From Chiloscyllium plagiosum (Eukaryota): DNA of 64,000 bases. The notes under the pieces were generated by a model. That model saw only the letters and a program-made list of their open reading frames with translations. It did no database searches and had not been told where the DNA came from. Location: NCBI RefSeq assembly GCF_004010195.1, contig NC_057750.1:18390542-18454541 (forward strand). The letters run 5' to 3'. Shown here piece after piece: positions 24,511-34,738 of the stretch. The position numbers and the translations under genes are program-made. Each line of letters opens with the position of its first letter. The first letter of the stretch is position 1.

Positions 24511-25009
24511 TAGATTATGCCCAGGCCATGATGGGGAGCATACTCTGCAATATTGATGTTACAGTTTTGCAGAGTTGACCACCAAGGTGTAAACCATTGT
24601 TCCACCGACTGCATTGTTTTTAAGAAAAAATGAGCAGTGACTATTTCCCAGCATAAAATGTTGAATGGTCTTATTGGCAATGCTTTAATCTGGTAGTTGT
24701 TGTTTAGTGTTGAGATGAATCATGAAAAGTCTTGATTAATTTAATATGACGTGATACCAGGAAAACACTGTTTGGGATTTCCTTTGGGAAAACGCAGAAC
24801 TCTGTTTGGTGGGGAATAAAACCAGGGAAAAGCTGAGGAGTCATATCTTTCCAGTTAATTGTCAAATCATGCAGTCCTTGCTTTTAAGTAATCATTTTCA
24901 TTCTCTGTAATCACTTAAGTGCTTTAAATCCATAATTTTGACACAATTAGGGATCATTGTTGCAATGCCTTGCCTAATTTATTTTCCCCACCAGGGGTAT
25001 TCCCCAAGA

Positions 25010-26517
25010 AGGACATAGATAATGGAAAGATTAGGGAGGGGTATGTTGAAATTCTAGGGCATGTTGATATTAAGGAGGAGTTTTGGTGTCTTGAAACACA
25101 TTAGGATAGATGAGTCCCTAGGCCCTGATAGGATCTCATCCAGGATACTGAGGAAGGCAAAGGAGGAGACTGTTGGGGCCTTGACAGAGATCTTTGTATC
25201 CTCTTTCGCTGCAGGTTAGATACCAGGAGACTGGAGAAAAGCCAATGTTGTTCCTTTGTTTAAGAAGGACAAGGATAATCGAGGAAGTTATAGGCTGGTG
25301 AGCTTTACGTTTTTGGGAAATTATTGGAGAAGATTCTTAGGGACTGGATTTACTCTCATTTGAAAAAGAATGGATTTATTAGGGATAGTCAGCAAGACTT
25401 TGTGTTGGGGGAGGTATTGTCTCATAAATTTGATTGAGTCTTTGAGGAAGTTCCAAAGATTATTGATGAGGCCAGGGTAGTGGATGTTGTTTCCATAGAC
25501 ATTTGACAAGGTCCCTCATGATAGGCTGAGCCAGAAGATTAAGTCAGATGGGACCCACAGTGAGTTGGTATGTTGGATTAAAAAAAAATGGCTTGTTTGT
25601 AGAAGACAGAGGATAGTTGTGGAGTGATTTTCTTCTGACTGGAGGTCTGTAACCACTGGTGTTCCACAAGGATCAGCACTGGGACCTCTGTTGTTTGTTA
25701 TATGTATGAAAGATTTGGATGACAATGTAGATGGTCTGACTAGTGAATTTGCAGACCACACAAAAATTATTGAAGTTGTGGATAGTGAGAAGGTTGTCAA
25801 AGGATACAGCAAGATATAGATCAGTTGTGAAGTTGGATGAGAAATGGCAGATGAAGTTTAATCAAGACAAATGTGAGGTGATGCATTTTGGGAAGTCAAA
25901 TGTAAATGGGAAGTATATAGTAAATATAGAATCCTGAGGAACATTAATATACAGAGGGATCTTGGGATGCAAGCTGATAGCTCCCTGACACTGGCTAAAC
26001 AAGTAGAAAGGTGGTAAAGAAGGCATAAGGCCTGCTTCCTTTCATCGGCCAGACATTGAGTATGAACATTGGTAAGTCTTGTTGCAACTATATCAAATTT
26101 TAGTAACATCACAGTTGGAGTAATGTGAGCACTTCTGGTTGGCACACTATAGGAAGGACATGGAGGCTTTGGAGAAGGTGCAAAAATGGTTTACCAGGAT
26201 GTTGCCTTGATTGGAGTGCATTAGCTACAAGGAAAGATTGTGCAAACTTGCAATATTTTTGATAGTGCATTGGAGGCTGAGGAGTAAACTGACAGAAGTA
26301 TATAAAATAACAGAGATATGGATTGGGTGGGGAGTCAGAGCATTTTTTTTCCCAGGGTAGATATGTCAATTTGCACAGATATGTGAACAAAGCGGGGAAT
26401 AGTGGGTTATAGAGCACGTGCAGGTAAATGGGATTAGTTTACAATGGCTTTATGGTCAGCACAGACATGATCGGCCAATGAACCTGTTCCTGTGCTTTAC
26501 TGTTCTATGTTCTATGT
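25010..26517 (+). mobile_element. CR1 LINE (RT plus 3' UTR), degenerate
   Basis: gactggagaaaagccaatgttgttcctttgtttaagaag; ggtgttccacaaggatcagcactgggacct (GVPQGSALGP); WQMKFNQDKCEVMHFG; tail tgttctatgttctatg. Confidence 0.9.
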
Positions 26518-26519
26518 AC

Positions 26520-28610
26520 TGGGAAAGTAGACACCCAATTCTCTTTAGAGTGAGTACAACAGGAAGATTTGATAAGGTTATTTGATCAGTAGAGACACCA
26601 CTTAGTTAACTAGCCAATATGTGAATGTAGAGGAATTGCTTCCAACTAAACAACATCCTCATAACCTTAGACTGGTAAAACAAGCTTATGTGGATAAAGA
26701 AATTCACTCCATGCTAAAAAACAAATCACCTGAGTAAACCGAGTCAAAGCAATCTAAGTGCACCGATGGTGTTAGATCGGTGGACTAGATTGTGCATAGC
26801 GTAGAAAAGTAAAAGCAGTAACAAAATAGATTAAGACCCAATTATTCAGTTAGAAGTGGGCAGTGCCTCATTCCTTACTGAAGTTGGCCTGCTCAAAGGC
26901 TACAGATAAGTGCCATTAACACCGAGTCCATGAGATATTTGCTTATATTATATCAAATGGATTGCACCACTGTGGAGTCATGCTATTCATAAAATTACAT
27001 AATTTTATAGTACAATATGCGTCCATTCAACCCATCATGTCTGCACCAGCTCCCACATGTGCTACCCACCAAGTCCCATTCTCCAGCCCTATCTCTGTTG
27101 CCCTTTAAAATCATCACTTTCAAACATATATCCAGCTTTCTTTCGAAACATCTTTATGGGATCTGACTTTACCACTTTCCCAAGAAGCGCATTTAAATTT
27201 GTAACAACTCTCTGAGCAAACACAGAAAAATAGAAAATGGAGAAGTTAATCCTCTTTTCTCTCCTAGCTCTCTTGCTGGGTTACTTTCTAAAGATTGAAT
27301 CAAATATGCCTAATTGTGTAGTGCATTTGGATGATGCCTTCATATAGAGCAGCACCTGGAAGGAATATGTAAAACAACTATTAAAGTTGTTTAAGCATTT
27401 ACAATATCCAGTTAAGTTTAAATTTGACCAAGAGTGATTTTGCAAAAGTGAGATTAACACACTTAGTATACTTTGTAGGGTAAGACAAGTATTGTCAAGA
27501 ACAGAGAAAGTAAAGGTTCAGATAGAATTCTCTGTTCGTAAAACTAAACAAGAAGTCATAAGATTTCTGGGGAATGTGTGTTTATTTATGGGAAATTTGT
27601 GCTAACTTCAGCACAATAGCTGCTTTTCTAACAGATTAGTTATGAAAATAAGCAAATGTAATATGGTTAAAAGGGAGAAATTGTTTTTGAGATGCTGAAG
27701 ATAATCTTAGTGAATGAACAGTGTTGGCTGCTCCTGACTTTGCCACACTTTGCTTGTGGCTCAGTCTTATTTCAAGATAATGAATCGGGAATAGAGAAGC
27801 CAGTTGGGCACTTTTCTCAGAAACTGAGCCAATATGAGTATTCTACATTGGGAAGGTCTGCGCTTGTTACTGGTTCTTAAACATTTTGAAGTTTATGACC
27901 GTTGCAACCACAAAGTAATGCTAAAATATTTTGACCATAATCCCTTGGCCTTTTTAGCAGACTTTAAAACTCGAAATATGAGATTGTTTTGATGGACCTT
28001 GTTAATTCAACCATATACTAATTTGGTTTATATTGCTGAAAAAGATAATTTAATTGCAGACACATTATGAAGAATGTAATGATACAAGAATAGTTTGAAC
28101 ATTTTTGAAGATAAGCATAAGAAATTGCATAAATTCTCCAGAAGGATAAAGCAAAACTAAATGCATGTAACTTTTTTGTTTCATTGTCTAGATATCAGGT
28201 TTAGATTGAGACAAAATTCATTTAGAAATGACATTTCCTCTCTTCATGTGTACAGGCATGTAAAGATTACATTTTTTGAACACAAACTTGGCCAAAAGCC
28301 AAGACACCTATAAGAAAGTCACCTTATTCCAAGCTTATAGTTTGGACTCTTGATCCACAGAATGTATTCGTTTTTCCATTCATGATATTTGTACAGAGCT
28401 GTCTGGCTCCTCTATCTTATCTATAAATGAATGCATTTGTAGATTTAATGGGAATATAATTTAAGTGATGATTAGTGAGTTTTGCTCTGTCCTAGATAGC
28501 AGGCAAATTAACCATCTTGGTAAATCACTTGGTCATTTTTACATTTGTGACAATTGTGGAATAGTTGGCTTCATTTCCAGTGCATTCTTCCCATGAGAAT
28601 CATAACAACT
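26520..28610 (+). mobile_element. Decayed Gypsy RT-RNase H relic plus LTR-like tail (contains a reversed CR1 3' end at ~26995-27290)
   Basis: RT relics LLKGY..VPLT (~26890) and CVVHLDDAFI.SSTWKEYV (~27315). RNase H GSVLFQDNESGIEKPVGHFSQKL, FDHNPLAFL and KDNLIADTL (~28040-28070). Confidence 0.75.
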
Positions 28611-29539
28611 TTGAAAGGTAGAGTAAGCAGGAAAGAGAGCATAACATCAGAACTTGGAATGTACAGGTACCTGCAGTTATGGAGACAAAACCTGAGGCTG
28701 ATGTAAACCATCAGTGGAGGAATTAACAGATCAGTTCAAAGTTTAAGGAAGAGGCTGTTAAATATGAGTTATCAATTATGGCCAGACTTAACAGATGCGT
28801 CTTAAATTCTGTTCCCAGATAATTTTGAGTTGACAGCTAGCGGGAGCTCTTTTCTATAGGAAAACTAGGGTTGCAATTTTATGGAGTTACTGTAAACCAT
28901 TTTAAAATGATGACAGCTCTCAATTTTGGGATTCTTGCCTCCCATACCTAGCAGCCCCAAGGTTCGCTGATGAGCTCTCATCCTGCATTTGTTACATCTC
29001 CAGCTCCTTGCATTTACAACTCTGGCCGCTCGGCGAAGATTGTTGATGAAGTCATCCCCAGTGTTGAAAGTGATGAGAGGCCTTGTGCGAGTGAGTTAGA
29101 ACACCAATCATTTCATGTTATCAATGTTACTGAACAGATTGGTTTGATTCTTCCACTGGAGGCATTTATGTCTATTTGCGTTCTATGTCTGAAGGAGGAG
29201 TTCTGGGCAAAGGTGGACGTAGGTCCTAATGCTAAGGTGAAGAATGTATTTGTGTTAATGGTAAGTCATGTTAACCTATGATCTTGCAATGATTCGGTGG
29301 TTCAAAATTCAGAATTCATCTAGGTTGATAACAAATGTAACCAGTTGGAATGTAAATCTCAGGTTTTCATATTGCCTAAGTGACTGAACCTGCTATTCTA
29401 GTATCTGTTTTAGGAGTATAGGAATACAGGGTTTTGACTCCAGTAATGATTCATTATCAGCATGAGATTGAAACAAACATTGAAGACAAGCTAACTCACT
29501 CTGTCCAGGGTCTCATTTTAGTTTTATTTAGACAGTGAA

Positions 29540-29965
29540 GAGAAGTTAAACATTTAGAAGGATGAGAGAGGATTGGATTGAAACAAATACATTCTAACAG
29601 GACTGAACAGAGTAGATGTGAGGAGGATGTTTCCCTGTTTGGGAAGTTTAGAAACAGAGAAAACAGTTGCAGGATATGGGGTAGACCATTAAGATCTGAG
29701 ATGAGGAAAGATTTCTTGATTCAAAGGGTAGTGAACCTATGGAATTCTCTACAACAGAAGGCTGTAGAAGCCAAGTCACTCAATATATTCAAGAAAGAGA
29801 TCGATAAACTTCTTGATTTTAATGGCATTAAACAGTTATGGGGAGAAAGCGAGAATATGGCATTGAGAAAGAGCAATTAGCCATGATCATACTGAATGGC
29901 GGAACAGGCTTGAAGAATTGAATGGTCTACAATTGCTCCTAGCTTCTATGGTTAAGTTTCTGTGA
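29540..29965 (+). mobile_element. CR1 3' end fragment
   Basis: ORF EMRKDFLIQRVVNLWNSLQQKAVEAKSLNIFKKEIDK followed by the 3' UTR. Confidence 0.85.
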
Positions 29966-30959
29966 TTATCCTGATTGTTTTGACAGGATAGGTAGCTTGA
30001 CATGAGATGAAGTGTTACACTCATTGACCAATCTTCTACCTAACCTGATTATTATTCCTTTGTTTTAGAAGCAAAATTGCAAGAAATAGTTACCATGCTT
30101 AGGAAGGTAGAAGAGAGACTTGCTAGCATGGAAGAAAGTGAGCCTGTCAAAAAGAAAATGAATAAAGAACGCATGAAAGATCCTCTCAGCACAGTGGACA
30201 GGCACAACATTCAACTGCTCAGAGAATCTCTTCTGAAAGCTATCATCCTGTTTTTAGGTCTGGCTGTTTGATTAAGTCAAATAGTGCCAATTTGTCTGAG
30301 AACAACCTTTTAAATGTGAATTAACGCAGGCCGATGACACCAATTATTTTAGTGCCTGTTGGGATCTCTTAGAGGAGGGGCTGTGGGTCCTTGCAGGGAC
30401 AGAACCCTCAGTGATTTCTTCATCAATCTGTCGTTGGTTAATTCACAATCCCAGGCAAGGATGTGGGCAATGTGTATTGTGAGATATGGGATGTTGAAGC
30501 CACATGAACAGTGACTAATCACTGGTCAGAGCTGGAGAAATTAGAGGGAAAAGCTTTAGCAGCTGAGAGGGTGAGGGTGAGTATGAAGTGACAGGGTGGT
30601 ACGACTCCTGATTTATTGGTTGTTTCGTACCTATGCTGGCATTGTACATAATTTAATTTCTTCAAATACAAGAATTACTGAATCTCTTTGTATGGTTGCT
30701 AAGTTTATATAAATAAGAGATACTGTTCCCCTAATAGGGATGGAAACTGTAAGCTGTTTGTGGAGACAGAGGATGTTATCTTGGTTCTTAAAGAATGCTT
30801 TGTGCCTATTTGCACAAAATGGGAGGAATGACCAGACGTTGCAATCAGGGGTGGGGTCTGTGAAAAATAAAAGCCTGTTTCTTTAAAAACGTCCTTATCA
30901 TCAACATGCCCCTCCCCACCTGTAGCCAAATATTGTCTTTGATGACAAGAAAAAGACAG

Positions 30960-31060
30960 AAAGATTTGCATTTATATAGCACCATTCACAATTTCAAGAT
31001 GTCCCAAAGTTTACACCAATTAAGTACATTTGAAATGATTTTACTGTTGTAGGAAACAAC
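30960..31060 (-). mobile_element. Deu-SINE/L2-type 3' tail fragment
   Basis: tttgcatttatatagcacc...gatgtcccaaag matches the tail at 15520. Confidence 0.6.
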
Positions 31061-32341
31061 CACTCAATTAATAATGTAGCCTTGATTTAAATTGTCTCTT
31101 GACAAATGGAGAGCTAGCTCTGCAGCAGAAATGGGTTTAAACTGAAGCAAGCAGAAATGTAAGGGCCTGAGTGGTTGTGTAACAAAGGCAATTGGCACAT
31201 TGAACAATCAGGAAAAGTTAAGATTATCCTGATGAGTGCAAGATGAAAGCCTTCAACACAACATGTCTTTTCTAAACAGTACTCAAGAAAAGACAGAACA
31301 AGTTTTAGAACAAGCTGTGAGCAGAAAAGTAGTTATTCAAACAGAGGTAAAGGCAGGACAGATGAACTATATCAAAGCGTTATCTGGGAAAGCTGTCATA
31401 ATCGAATTGCATAATGGTCTGTGTTTATTCAAACTTAAGTGACTGCACTTGGCCATTGAAATTCATTGGCCAAAATGTTAACAAGACTTACAAAATAAGG
31501 ACTATTTTTATCATATTTTGCTCAGCCGTGAGAATACTTGAAAATACTAATCTCAAATTTCATAATTCTCAGGAAAGATATAGATCATTGATAAAGTAAA
31601 ACTGCACGAGACAAAGGCACCATCCCTGATTAATTAAGGAAATTCATGGTAGTATTCAATAGAAAGAAAATGTTCAAAACTGTGAAGATTATAGGTCGAA
31701 TGATTGAATGGACTTTTGGGAACAAGCAAAATAATGAGGGATGATCAAGTCTATGAGAAAAAGCTAGCTAGAAATATAAAATCAAATTGTAAGAGTTATT
31801 TAAAATGGGTAAAAAAAATTGAAATGAGTGTTGGTCTCAGAAGGTGAGTTTCTCTCCTACTGGACAATTACTAATCTGAAACAATTGAAATATTGAACAG
31901 ATATTGTGTGACTTCACTCCAAAAGGACCAAAACAATCCCAGGAGTACTTGAAAATTGAAAGGTAAAAAGGAGCGAGGATTTTAAAAGAACCAGTGTCAC
32001 ATGGAAAACAATAGGAAATAAATGGCTGATCAGTCCCCTGGATCTAATGGCCTATATCCAAGGTCTTAAAAAAGAGGCTGCAGAGATAATAGGCACATTG
32101 CTTATGATCTTCCAAGATTCCACACATTCTGAAAAGATCCTAATGGATAGGAAAACCACAAATATAACAACTCTAATCAAGAAAGGCAGGAGACAGATGC
32201 AGGAGAACAGGTCAGTTAGCTTAATAGATGTCAAAAAGAAAATGCTAAAATCCATTCAGTAGAATGGCAGGAAATATAGAACACTGTAATGCAAGTGGGC
32301 AAAGTGAATATAGTTTGACTAAAGACAAATTGTGCAATTAA

Positions 32342-33451
32342 TGTTACAAAACTTTTATGTATTTATTGGCTAGAAATCACTTTTAAATTTTTAAAAGGGG
32401 TAAGGCAGCAAGTTGTTAAGATGAACATAGAATGGTTTGTGCTTTTGTAATTTCTGCACAAGCTTAGAACTATCTCAAGTGTCCAGAAAAACTTATTAAA
32501 TGACCCAGGGTGAAGTGCCCTTCCTTGGGATGGAATTCAGACATACAATTACCTGTGGATTTATCAAAAATTAAAATCCATGGACTTGCATATTCACTGT
32601 CACCGTGTTTGATAGTTTAGGGAGATCTGCAGAGATACCACCTCATCATAGCTTTGTGTGAGCAGGCACCATTTTATTCCAAAGTCTTCTTAATTTTAAC
32701 AATTTAAGAAGAAAATTGAAATATTGATAACATAATTGAAAAAGGCTTAAAATAATAAATCTTATTCACTTCGAGGACCACAGAGAAACAGAAAGTCCTG
32801 CTTGAAAATGTTCCCTCCCTCCTTCATCCTTGCAAACTTGAACCTTGTCTGCTGTTTTACTACTCATATGGCAAATTGAGATAGCTCATCCAGCAGTTGC
32901 TGTTTCCAGAAAAACAAATAAATCATCTGTCTACATCTCTAATTATCTTGATATTGAAACCAGCTGAAGCTCAACTTTGACCTACGTATGAGAACTGTAA
33001 AACTCATCTATCTTTATTGGACTTTAAACATTGCTGAAAATATCCTCACACTTTGTAACAAATACAATGTTGTGTGCCTCAGATGCATCAGCTTGCCTGA
33101 ACTAGTTGGCCATCGAATCATGAAGGATTAGGGAAATCATCCAGGGAATTCTTCCACCACTTCCCCAAGAAGGAAAAGGTACAAAAGATAATATAAATGA
33201 TTTATATGTGGATGTTGGTGCCTGTATTATTTTACTTGGACTGGGTTAAATCCAACAAATTTTCTTTTCAAAAAGAAATCTCTAGAAAACCTCTCTGTTT
33301 TTGTCTGTTATAATGATGGCACATAAGACCGTTAATCACTCATTGTTTTGGCAAGCATATCTTCGTAGAAAAACATTTTGTGGCCAAACAAGGTTAAAAG
33401 AAAAGGTTAAAAGATTAGCAAGCAAAGTTAGAAACTATGCAAAGAGTAACA
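32342..33451. mobile_element. Solo LTR-like insertion (TG...CA, 4-bp TSD)
   Basis: Starts tgttac and ends gtaaca (6-bp inverted termini). TTAA on both sides (32338-32341, 33452-33455). The host CR1 resumes afterwards. Confidence 0.75.
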
Positions 33452-33575
33452 TTAATTCATTAAAGTTCTTTGAAGAGCTAATAAGCAAAGTAGTAAAAGA
33501 GGAATCTGTAAAAATTATGTGCTCATATTTCCAAAAGATATTCAATTTGGCCATGTCAAATATCACAGTCATCAA

Positions 33576-33840
33576 AGGAGAAGGGGTGGTGTAGTGGTAA
33601 TGTCACTGGGACAGAACACAAGGCTAATGTTTTGTGGCCATGAGTTTGGAGCCCACCATGGCAGAATTCAAAACCTAGAATTAAAGGCTAGCCTAATGGC
33701 AACCATTGGTGATTGCAAATGAAAACACATCTAGTTCACTAATGTCCTTTAAGGTAGGGAATTAGTCATCCTTCCCTGATCTGGCTGACATGTGACTCCA
33801 GACCCACAGCAGTGTGGCTGAGTTTTAATTGCCCTCTGTA
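33576..33840 (+). mobile_element. tRNA-derived SINE
   Basis: A-box-like tggtgtagtgg. Core aaaacacatctagttcactaatgtcctttaagg...gactccagacccacagc is shared with 41070-41160 and the reverse copy at 55225-55545. Confidence 0.8.
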
Positions 33841-34535
33841 TAAATTGGGTGTTTTGGGTTATCAATGTGCAACTTGTGTAGTGCCCACAGGGATCGGACC
33901 TGCGACATTGACAATTTACAATCTATATGAAGAACTTGGTTGAAAGAACTGAATGTATAACAGCTAAGTTTGCTCTTGATGCAAGGATAGTCAAAGGAAT
34001 AAATTGTGAAGGGGGATATAAGGTACTTGCAAACAGATATAACAGGTTAAGTGAATGGGCAAAACATTGGCAGATAATGTGGAAATGAGCAGTGCAATGT
34101 GGGAAAATGTGAACTTGTCCACTTTGGCAAGAAGAACAGAAAAGCAGCATGTTATTCAAATAGTGGCAAAAGCAGGGTTCTATAGTACAAATTGATCCAA
34201 GTATCCTGAAGTCCACACAAAGCACAAATACTGCAAGACCAGCAAGTGATTAGGAAGGCAAGTGGAATGATATCTTTTTTTGCAAGAGGAAATTAAGTAT
34301 AAAAATAAATAAGTAATGCTACAGCTGTAAGGCCTTAGTAAATTCGCACCTAGAACACTATTTGCAATTTTGTTCTCCTTAATCAAGGAAAGATATAATT
34401 GTATTAGAGACAGTTCAGAGAAGGTTCATTCAACTGATTTCTCTAATGAACGGTTTGTCTAAGGAAGAAAGGTTGAGCAGATTGGGAATTTGAACGAATG
34501 AGGGATGATCTTATTGTAGTGTATAAGACCTTGAT

Positions 34536-34738
34536 TGTTTGTCACTGGCCACCCGGGTGTTTTCCTATCTTCCTGGTGGTGGAATTTGAATAAAGATTCG
34601 TGCACTTTGTGTCTTCCACTGTGTCTCACACCTGCACACACACACCATGGGTGCTGGGGATAAAATAAGCACTACCGCACTTAGGTGGTCGTGTGGGGGT
34701 TAAATTTAAAAAAAAAAAATGGAGGAGGAAAAAAAAAA
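34536..34738 (+). mobile_element. Young 203-bp poly(A) retrocopy (probable L1/Tx1-clade 3' end) with 14-bp TSD
   Basis: TSD tataagaccttgat at 34522-34535 and 34739-34752; A-rich tail; internal AATAAA. Confidence 0.85.

Noticed and set aside
24284..24556. 90-aa ORF across the palindrome
   Set aside because: Incidental reading through non-coding PLE terminal repeats; no domain.
28960..29040. Hammerhead candidate at ctgatgagctc
   Set aside because: No helix II closed by GAAA and no cleavage triplet in register.
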